From UHGV virus genome UHGV-1366629: a stretch of DNA of 40,625 nt. One strand, given 5' to 3'. The DNA is from a virus. Below the pieces are notes generated by a model that saw nothing but the letters and a program-made list of their open reading frames with translations, ran no database searches and was not told the DNA's origin. Every line of letters begins with the position of its first letter. The stretch's first letter is position 1. Made by a program: the position numbers and the translations under genes. Shown piece by piece: positions 33,751-40,625 of the stretch.

Positions 33751-36700
33751 TTATTTCCATTGGTTGTCATTACGATATTGTTTTAACTGTGCAACTGAAA
33801 CCGCCTCAGCTAATTGCTGTACTCGTGCTGAACTGTCTACATCGCCCTCAATGTTAATCGTGATTGGTGCTTGTTGGGTATTATTGATAATTCCCGCTAC
33901 ACCATTACTTGAAGCCATATCTCTAGTTAGGTTACTGTTTAGAGTTGCTCCCATGTTCATATCGGTTTCTAAAGTACCAGCTAGCTCATTTTGAAGTTGA
34001 CCCGCCATAGCTCCCACGGTTTCCTTAACATTCTCAAAGCCCTTTTTCAAACCTCTATCTAAACCGAACATTAAAGCCATACCATTCTCAATTAAGACAG
34101 TTTTATCATACGGAACTGGCCCTTTATGGTCGGCTATCCAGTCAGCAATACCACCAACCCACTCTTTCACATTTTGCCATTGAGCAAGCATACCGTCCCA
34201 AAGACCACGGATAAGAGCGATACCATTATTCCACAACACGTCACCAAAAGCCAAGCGACCCAAGGCACTAACAACTTCCCACAATGCACGTCGCACTCTT
34301 TCACGGTTGTTATTAATTCCGTCAGCTAAGCCCTCAAGTAATGCAACAGCCGCCTCCCACATATCATTAGCAAAACCAACCACAAACTCAACTATTTTTC
34401 TAACCAAGTTTCTAGCTGAAGTACGTAAGCGATATAGGTTGTTAGCGATACCATCAATTAAAGCCGCCAATAAATTAATAGCTGAACCAACTAATCTATC
34501 AGCATTACGAGCTAAACCATCAACTAAAGTCACTACGATAGTAACCGCAACGTCAATAATTTCAGGCATTCGTTTTATCATAGCATTGGCAAAATTAATA
34601 ATTAAATTAACTGCCGCATTGACAATATCACCCATACGACTAGCAATAGTATTCACCCAAGTTACAATCAAATCAACCGCCGCATTGACAATTCTAGGCA
34701 AGTTATCTTTCAAACCTTTCAAGAATGCCACAATTACATTAGTACCCGCCGCAATTAATTTAGGTAAGTTATTACTAATTGAAACACTTAACGTTGTGAC
34801 AAACTCAGTACCTTTTTCCACTAACTTAGGAACTGCCTTACTCAATTCTGCTAAAATCATAACCACAATTTGAGTAAATGATTGAATAAGAACTGGAACT
34901 ACTGTCATGATACCCTCAGTCAATGCTTTGATGATTTTAACACCACTTTCAGCAATTGCGGGTACTAACTCAATTATAACCGTTGTAATAATATTTAGCA
35001 AGCCTTTTATCGCCTCTATCCATAATGGCATAGACTGAGCTAGACCTTGAACTAAACCAACTACAATCTGAGCCGCTCCCTCGAATAAGTAAGGTAAAAA
35101 TTCAGCAATGGCTGTTGTAATACCTAATAACATATTACCTACACCTTGACCAACATTGGTACTTGCTTCACCTACTGAAGTGGTAAGGTTCATAAAGCCC
35201 TCAGCGATTTTCTTGATACCGTTTAACACAGAACCCTCACCTAAGAATTTTGCTAAAGTCAAGAAAGCGTTTATAAGTAGACCAATTGGCCCAAATAAGG
35301 CACTAATAGCGAACTTAAAGGCAGTAAATGCAATGTTTCCAGCACCTAAATTATCAACCAATTTAGATATACCACTTGCACCAGTTTCGTTACCTCTAAA
35401 GAAGTCACCAATTGCCCCCGCAACATCTCGAACTTTTTTAGCAAAATCAAGACCGAATACCTCGCTCAAGTCTTGAAAGGCTTCAGTGTACTTTTGAGCA
35501 TTACCAATACCGAAAACTAGTTGCTTAGTTATCTCAGCCGTGCTTTTTACTGCTGTTTTAAAGTCTGTGAAAAGACCAGCTACTTGGGTCATTTTAACCC
35601 ACCATTCATGTGGGAACATTTTAACAAATTGTTCATGTAACTTGGCTACTTCTTCACCGTATTTACCTTGTAACAATAAACCGAATGCCTTGACTAATGC
35701 CCCAATGGCCTTAACTGAATTTTGCATTCCTTTTGGTAGTTTTTCAACAATTTTATCCCAGTTTTTAAACACTACTATAACCGCCGCAACTGCCGCCGCA
35801 ATACCTACGAATGCCCCAATAGTTGCAACCCCAGCAATACCTAAAGCAGTGAATAAGGCACTAGCCGCCGCCCATGCTCCCATTAATGCAGTACCACCAG
35901 CAATCAACGCACCAGTTAGAACAATAATTTCTTTTACTGGCTGAGGTAGTCCGTTAAACTTATCTGTAATGGTTTTAATGGCGTTAGCCGCTGTTTTTAA
36001 GAATGAAATAAATAAAGGCTGAATAACGTCACCAATTGCCCTTGAAAAGTCCTCTTGTGCTTGGTTTAAGTTACCCATTACGTTTTCAAGTCCATCACCC
36101 TCACGAGCCGCCTGACCTAATGCACCTGATAACTTATTGCCGTCCTCAACCATTTGTAATAATGTTAACTGCTTTTGGTCTTCAGCTAAGTCTTTAAATG
36201 ATTTCCCATATAATTTGTTAGCCGCCGCATTACGTGTTGTTTCAGTTGAAGAAATACCAAGTGCCGCATCGTTTTCATAGTTACCTTTCAAATAACTCTT
36301 TAATGATTCAGTAGTGTCCTCTAGTGAACGGTCATAGAAAGCCGCACTATCAGCCGCCGCCATTGTTGCACGACTAGCCAAGTCTAAAGAGCCAGCTGTA
36401 TCAAAGCCCGCTGTTTTGGCAAAGGCCGCAATACTTGTCATAGCTGGTTTTAATCGGTTAGGTAAAATAGATGTTTCTTTACCAATGGAATTGATGGCCT
36501 TGTTAGCTTCACCCTCCATACTTCCCCATGTTTGAGTCCATTGAGAGTCTAAAGCCGTCCATTTAGCTGAGGCCTCAATTGCCCCTTTACCAAAACTAAT
36601 CAACTTATCAGAAACACCGCTCATTATATCGCCCACGGCTTGCATTCGTTCGATTTTTGCCGCTCTATTTAATTCGTCTAAACCATCGCTAGCCGCCCCT

Positions 36701-36843
36701 GTTTTACTTGGTAATTTACCTAGCTTGTCGCCGACTTGTTCAATACCTTTAATAGCCCCTGAGCTATCCGTTACAACTCGAATACCGATAGTACTTGTTG
36801 TATTTGCCATGTTTTCACACTCCTTATAGCTTACTATATTCAT
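33751..36843 (-). CDS. tail tape measure protein
   Basis: 1030 aa, Ala/Gly/Leu-rich with internal hydrophobic segments; between chaperone and Dit. Confidence 0.9.
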   Translation of the reverse strand: MNIVSYKECENMANTTSTIGIRVVTDSSGAIKGIEQVGDKLGKLPSKTGAASDGLDELNRAAKIERMQAVGDIMSGVSDKLISFGKGAIEASAKWTALDSQWTQTWGSMEGEANKAINSIGKETSILPNRLKPAMTSIAAFAKTAGFDTAGSLDLASRATMAAADSAAFYDRSLEDTTESLKSYLKGNYENDAALGISSTETTRNAAANKLYGKSFKDLAEDQKQLTLLQMVEDGNKLSGALGQAAREGDGLENVMGNLNQAQEDFSRAIGDVIQPLFISFLKTAANAIKTITDKFNGLPQPVKEIIVLTGALIAGGTALMGAWAAASALFTALGIAGVATIGAFVGIAAAVAAVIVVFKNWDKIVEKLPKGMQNSVKAIGALVKAFGLLLQGKYGEEVAKLHEQFVKMFPHEWWVKMTQVAGLFTDFKTAVKSTAEITKQLVFGIGNAQKYTEAFQDLSEVFGLDFAKKVRDVAGAIGDFFRGNETGASGISKLVDNLGAGNIAFTAFKFAISALFGPIGLLINAFLTLAKFLGEGSVLNGIKKIAEGFMNLTTSVGEASTNVGQGVGNMLLGITTAIAEFLPYLFEGAAQIVVGLVQGLAQSMPLWIEAIKGLLNIITTVIIELVPAIAESGVKIIKALTEGIMTVVPVLIQSFTQIVVMILAELSKAVPKLVEKGTEFVTTLSVSISNNLPKLIAAGTNVIVAFLKGLKDNLPRIVNAAVDLIVTWVNTIASRMGDIVNAAVNLIINFANAMIKRMPEIIDVAVTIVVTLVDGLARNADRLVGSAINLLAALIDGIANNLYRLRTSARNLVRKIVEFVVGFANDMWEAAVALLEGLADGINNNRERVRRALWEVVSALGRLAFGDVLWNNGIALIRGLWDGMLAQWQNVKEWVGGIADWIADHKGPVPYDKTVLIENGMALMFGLDRGLKKGFENVKETVGAMAGQLQNELAGTLETDMNMGATLNSNLTRDMASSNGVAGIINNTQQAPITINIEGDVDSSARVQQLAEAVSVAQLKQYRNDNQWK

Positions 36844-36852
36844 TATACCATA
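36842..36852 (-). promoter_or_regulatory. extended -10 TATGGTATAAT (minus strand) upstream of TMP
   Basis: rc of attataccata; preceded on minus by short hairpin + T6. Confidence 0.4.
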
Positions 36853-36906
36853 AATGTAAGCGCTTTCACAACTACAGCAAAAAAGAGCCTATCTAAAAGA
36901 CAAGCT

Positions 36907-37493
36907 CTAATGTTTACTATTTTTCTTTTCAATTTTCTCACGTATTTTATTTTCGTAACTTGTATATGCTCCGTGAGCTAAAGCAATATAAATTATTTCA
37001 GTTGCGGTTACATCAGGGTTTAATAACCAAGTGTCAGGGACACCGTTATAATCTCGCATTTGAGCTATCCAGCCTATAACAGTGTCTGACTCAGGTACTT
37101 CGAACTTAATACCACCTAGGCCTTTTTTCCCTTGGCCTTTCCCAATTTAGAAACAGCTTGAATATATTTATCAGCCGCTTTCGGGTCTAACATAGCTGTA
37201 TAAATTTGACCAGCTTCAGCCAAGTCGAATAGTAAGCCGTCCTCTTCGTCAAAGAACTCCTCAAACGTTAAATAGTCTTTCATGTTAGCCTGACGATAAG
37301 CCACATAAACAGCCGCCGCCATGTTTTTAAATTCAATTGCTTGTGTGTCCCCTTTAGCGTTAACAGCGAATGAGAAAACTTCATTTACTTCAGGAAAATC
37401 ACGAGCGATAATCATACATTTCATAGGGTTGTAACCTAATTGAATTGAAACTTCCTCACCGTTCAATAATTGTAATTTTGTAATTTTTGCCAT
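36907..37493 (-). CDS. tail assembly chaperone -1 frameshift fusion product (gpGT-like)
   Basis: slippery G GGA AAA AAG at comp(37120..37129); -1 frame stays open for 70 codons to TAG at comp(36907..36909). Confidence 0.6.
37116..37493 (-). CDS. tail assembly chaperone (gpG-like)
   Basis: 125 aa, between major tail protein and TMP; ends KLGKAKGKKA over slippery GGGAAAAAAG. Confidence 0.75.
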   Translation of the reverse strand: MAKITKLQLLNGEEVSIQLGYNPMKCMIIARDFPEVNEVFSFAVNAKGDTQAIEFKNMAAAVYVAYRQANMKDYLTFEEFFDEEDGLLFDLAEAGQIYTAMLDPKAADKYIQAVSKLGKAKGKKA

Positions 37494-37578
37494 ATCTTAC
37501 TCTCTCCTCAATAATTTATTTTTGTTTACTAATATAGTATAACACACCCAACTAATAAAAGTCAAGTGTGTTTTTATA

Positions 37579-38403
37579 CTATTCTGTTACAGTTACATTT
37601 ACCGTTTTAGTAATTGCACCGCTCTTAATGTCTACGGTAGTAGTTCCAGCTTTAACACCACGAATTGTAACAGCCTTTTGAGAAACACTAGCCGTAGCCG
37701 TAGCCATAGCTTTAGAGGTCGCCGTTACTGGTTCAGTGCTTGTACTTGGAACTAAAGTAGCATTAACAACAACATCAGCACCAACCGCAACACTTACAGT
37801 TTCCTTATCTAAGGTAATATCTGCTGTTTTGGTTGGGTCAGACTTTTTTACAGTTGCTAATGAGAATGTAGTTAACCATTCAACTTTATTTACTGTGTCC
37901 GCCTCAGTAGGGAAAGCTTCATAGTACCAGTTACCTAACTCATCTTGGTAAGCTTTAGTTTCAATTTCAACATAAGCCACCTCATCATTACCAGCCTCAA
38001 TTTCAAAAGTTAACCCTGTATTGATAGCCGCTTTAGGGAATGCAATAAGTTTGCTTTCACCTGTAAATAAGTCGATGATTTCAGCCGTTAAAGCGAATTT
38101 TTCACCAGCTGACTTACCACCGTAAGCATAAACGCCCTCTTTTAATTCCTCTAAATGTTTAATACCTTGAACACGCCGGAAAGCCTCAACGGGTAAATGA
38201 GCGCTAATAGTGATAGTCATTTCTGTTGGTTTAGATACTGAAGCCACCACGGTAGCCCCGCATTTCTTTTGAATTTCTTGAACTTCTGTTTCTACTGATA
38301 GAGAGCCGTTACAATCACTTGCAACCGCTGTTTCATCGCCCTCGAATAAAAACCCGATTGTACCGATGTCAACACTATCAAATTGAATAGGTGCATTTGC
38401 CAT
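37579..38403 (-). CDS. major tail protein with C-terminal Ig-like (Big_2-type) domain
   Basis: start at comp(38401..38403) MANAPIQFD with RBS AAAGGAG; C-terminal Thr/Val-rich Ig-like segment. Confidence 0.8.
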   Translation of the reverse strand: MANAPIQFDSVDIGTIGFLFEGDETAVASDCNGSLSVETEVQEIQKKCGATVVASVSKPTEMTITISAHLPVEAFRRVQGIKHLEELKEGVYAYGGKSAGEKFALTAEIIDLFTGESKLIAFPKAAINTGLTFEIEAGNDEVAYVEIETKAYQDELGNWYYEAFPTEADTVNKVEWLTTFSLATVKKSDPTKTADITLDKETVSVAVGADVVVNATLVPSTSTEPVTATSKAMATATASVSQKAVTIRGVKAGTTTVDIKSGAITKTVNVTVTE

Positions 38404-38442
38404 ATTAAAAACTCCTTTATATTTTATTTTCGTACTATACTC

Positions 38443-38453
38443 ATTATACCACA
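38443..38453 (-). promoter_or_regulatory. extended -10 TGTGGTATAAT (minus strand) upstream of major tail protein
   Basis: rc of attataccaca; adjacent perfect palindrome gaaagcgctttc. Confidence 0.45.
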
Positions 38454-38473
38454 AGTGAAAGCGCTTTCGCAAG

Positions 38474-38884
38474 TTACCGAATATGTGAACTTTTGATTGC
38501 ACCATTCACTAATCGTTTAATTTCACCTCTTGAATTTAAAGCCCCTTTTTCAAGGAATTTCTTAGGTCTGTTTCGTCTTGATTGACCTGTACCCTCGTTA
38601 GGGAATTTCAAATAATAATATTTTTTATAAAACGTTGCATAAAAACCAACTACTTGATAATCTCTTTTTCCTTTTAATGCCATTCGTCTAATTGAGTTAC
38701 CATCTCTAGCATGAATATGACGTTTTCTATTACTCCCACTAACTGGCATACCTCGCAAAACGTTTTTCTTGACAATCTCGAACCCCTTACCATTCATTTC
38801 TTGCCGAACGTTTTTCGTAAATTTCTTAGGATAGCCGTACACTTGAGCTTGAGCCTTGTCAACATTTCTTAATATAATTGGCAT
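38474..38884 (-). CDS. tail completion protein, HK97 gp10-like family
   Basis: 136 aa; FYATF...EGTGQSRRNRPKKFLEKG resembles gp10-family YA..vE.GT block; position before major tail protein. Confidence 0.55.
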   Translation of the reverse strand: MPIILRNVDKAQAQVYGYPKKFTKNVRQEMNGKGFEIVKKNVLRGMPVSGSNRKRHIHARDGNSIRRMALKGKRDYQVVGFYATFYKKYYYLKFPNEGTGQSRRNRPKKFLEKGALNSRGEIKRLVNGAIKSSHIR

Positions 38885-38890
38885 AATATA

Positions 38891-39352
38891 TTACCTCGTT
38901 TCTGCTGACCGTGTAAAGGTGGCTGTGACTACTGTAATTTGATTAGATGTATTTCCCAACGGTTGAATAGTTTTCGTTAAGTTTTGCAAATTCATGTTGG
39001 CTGTTCTCATAACCTCAATTATAGTTAAGTTGTCCTCAATGATGTCAGGCCGATTATTTGATACAAATGTAATTGTCGTTTGTTCTTGAATATAACAACG
39101 TGAATTATTTGTTTGAGGAAAAAAGTCACCTGATTCAATTACTATAAAATCGTCCGTGGTACTTACTTCAATTTCACCAAATTCATTAATACTTATCAAT
39201 GGGTTAATACTTTCCTCATTTTCAGTAACTTGGTCAACATAAACATGAACACCCTCAAAGTTTTCCTCAAGTAATTCCGCTACTCTTACCGTTGTACTAT
39301 TCAGGTGTTGAGCGCTACGTTTAACCTTGTTTCTAATTAGATTATTCGCCAT
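38891..39352 (-). CDS. head-tail joining / tail attachment protein (gp9-like position), hypothetical
   Basis: 153 aa; assigned by position only. Confidence 0.45.
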   Translation of the reverse strand: MANNLIRNKVKRSAQHLNSTTVRVAELLEENFEGVHVYVDQVTENEESINPLISINEFGEIEVSTTDDFIVIESGDFFPQTNNSRCYIQEQTTITFVSNNRPDIIEDNLTIIEVMRTANMNLQNLTKTIQPLGNTSNQITVVTATFTRSAETR

Positions 39353-39725
39353 TTAGGTTACCTCCTTTTTCGTCCGTGGTTACTAGGTATAAATATAGTC
39401 GGTCTTGATAACGGTCAGTTTTTTCAATGTCGTATACTGTATTATTGTAAAGCACCAGTAATTGACTCTCTGCCTCACTTTCGATTTTTGCACTATATGG
39501 AATATCTACCTTTTTATTAATCTGAGTAATAACGGCATTACCTAATAGAGTCAAATCACCTGACGTTAATGAAGCACGCTTAAAAGGCACTCGTTTATAA
39601 GTAGGTGTGAACTTTTTCCCAATTAGTCGCCGATTCTCGTTGTAAATGGCCTTTTGTTCACCTAACTGTAAATACCCATCGTTATAAGCCTTGTGCATAT
39701 CAATTTTAGAGTTAGGTAGTGGCAT
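39342..39725 (-). CDS. head closure (stopper) protein, SPP1 gp16-like
   Basis: 127 aa; YDIEKTDRYQDRLYLYLV C-terminal motif typical of head closure family. Confidence 0.55.
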   Translation of the reverse strand: MPLPNSKIDMHKAYNDGYLQLGEQKAIYNENRRLIGKKFTPTYKRVPFKRASLTSGDLTLLGNAVITQINKKVDIPYSAKIESEAESQLLVLYNNTVYDIEKTDRYQDRLYLYLVTTDEKGGNLNGE

Positions 39726-40020
39726 TGTCCTCCGCCTCCTTTTCCAAAGCTAACGTAATGATAAACTTATTTACTAATTGTTGATAGTTGTCCTCAAATA
39801 GGTCTAAAGCGTTGTTATATTGATACCTAGCCCGCTGAGTGATTAAATCGAACGCCAAAGAGTCCTCAGCTACATTAATATCTTGGTCATCTTTAAAATG
39901 AATAGCCCATTTGTAAGCGCTTTTAACATAGCGAGAAATACGACCATCGTCATCACTCCAGAAAATACCAGATTCATCTTTTACAGCACTTACTAGACTG
40001 GCTAACGTTTCATCATTCAT
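39712..40020 (-). CDS. head-tail connector/adaptor protein (gp6/gp15-like)
   Basis: 102 aa; ...ALDLFEDNYQQLVNKFIITLAL; first of the head-tail joining genes after capsid. Confidence 0.55.
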   Translation of the reverse strand: MNDETLASLVSAVKDESGIFWSDDDGRISRYVKSAYKWAIHFKDDQDINVAEDSLAFDLITQRARYQYNNALDLFEDNYQQLVNKFIITLALEKEAEDNATT

Positions 40021-40049
40021 AGTTTTACCCCCTTTATATCATATACCCT

Positions 40050-40088
40050 ATTATAGCATAAAAAGAGGACTCATTACAAGCCCTCTTT
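40050..40088 (-). terminator. late-strand cassette copy 3 (terminator + TATGCTATAAT) between small post-capsid ORF and connector gene
   Basis: plus attatagcataaaaagaggactcattacaagccctcttt. Confidence 0.6.
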
Positions 40089-40093
40089 CTGTG

Positions 40094-40297
40094 TTATGCT
40101 TTTAGTTGGAATTTTGCGTCAGATTCAGTTTTTGTATAAACGTCCGCCGCATTTGCTTTAGCCGCCAATTCTGCTTTAGTAGCTAAATTCGCAACTGCCG
40201 CATCAATTAATGCTTGTACTGCCGTAGCATCTAACCCACCAGTTGGTAAGTCGTCAGTTGATACTACGAAAGATTTTCCCATGTTAGGTCTTGACAT
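40094..40297 (-). CDS. hypothetical small Ala-rich protein immediately downstream of capsid gene
   Basis: 67 aa; RBS agggagg. Confidence 0.5.
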   Translation of the reverse strand: MSRPNMGKSFVVSTDDLPTGGLDATAVQALIDAAVANLATKAELAAKANAADVYTKTESDAKFQLKA

Positions 40298-40328
40298 ATT
40301 GTAAACCTCCCTGTATAATTAAAATAAA

Positions 40329-40345
40329 GAGGGGTCAAGCCCCTC
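40329..40345 (-). terminator. hairpin GAGGGG-cttga-CCCCTC followed by T-rich tract on minus strand directly after capsid stop (attenuator-type)
   Basis: plus gaggggtcaagcccctc; minus downstream tttatttt then RBS of next gene. Confidence 0.5.
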
Positions 40346-40351
40346 AATAAA

Positions 40352-40625
40352 TTATCCTGCTGATACATCTTTGACTTTAGCACGGATAAACATGTTTTCA
40401 CCTTTAGGCGCTCCGTTACCGTACATTTTAGATAAGTAAACACGTTCATCTTGAATATAGCGGTGTTCGTCAGAAAAACCAAGTGTCGCACCTTTTCCTA
40501 AAACAAACAAGTAGTCTTTAGGGCGACCAATAATGTACTCACCCTCAGGAACTGAAGTTGATTGTTTAACTTGGAAAGGTAAAGCCAATGTTGAAATGAA
40601 TTGACCTGTAGCAGTTTGAACAGTT
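40352..40625 (-). CDS. major capsid protein, C-terminal 90 codons (continuation of ORF leaving window at position 1)
   Basis: frame open from window end to TAA at comp(40352..40354); phase matches the 2 nt left over at position 1-2. Confidence 0.7.
   Translation of the reverse strand, partial: TVQTATGQFISTLALPFQVKQSTSVPEGEYIIGRPKDYLFVLGKGATLGFSDEHRYIQDERVYLSKMYGNGAPKGENMFIRAKVKDVSAG

Noticed and set aside
33764-35944. Five plus-strand ORFs (76-188 aa) antisense to the tape measure gene
   Set aside because: Low-complexity Ala/Thr/Ser-rich translations caused by the repetitive TMP sequence; no RBS; fully contained in a confidently assigned gene.
37541-37572. Terminator between major tail protein and chaperone genes
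   Set aside because: The inverted repeat AACACAC/GTGTGTT has an 18-nt loop and no T-run, so it is at most a weak attenuator and is not listed as a feature.

Overview
The window is an essentially complete ~40.6 kb genome of a tailed phage (siphovirus-type, HK97-like morphogenesis module) from a low-GC Gram-positive, probably lactic-acid-bacterium-like, host. It has no integrase or repressor, so it appears to be virulent. The sequence is a circular permutation opened inside the major capsid gene: the capsid ORF runs off position 1 and continues in frame at the 3' window end. Two divergent transcription units start from a regulatory region at ~8410-8885. The leftward (minus-strand) unit wraps around the window ends and encodes VRR-NUC nuclease, an SF2 helicase, a candidate cos region, HNH endonuclease, small and large terminase, portal, ClpP-like prohead protease, capsid, head-tail joining proteins, major tail protein, tail chaperone with a -1 frameshift, tape measure, Dit, Tal, a BppU-like receptor-binding protein, two holin-like proteins and a signal-peptide amidase endolysin. 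The rightward (plus-strand) unit (8885-28095) holds about 45 mostly small early genes driven by at least 14 near-consensus sigma-A promoters. These include an HTH regulator, an SF3/P4-family helicase, a Prim-Pol primase, a family-B DNA polymerase, an NrdH-like redoxin, an MBL-fold hydrolase, a degenerate HNH homing-endonuclease-like ORF and a tandem trio of paralogous barrel-plus-coiled-coil proteins. Second-look items: a GC-rich island flanked by two arrays of phased G-tracts (candidate cos/packaging site with G-quadruplex potential), a 600-bp ORF-free, promoter-driven, highly structured region (candidate ncRNA or replication origin), and 37-nt terminator-promoter cassettes repeated on the late strand. 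Also: a conserved operator-like motif present three times in the divergent control region, and several unannotated tiny membrane peptides.
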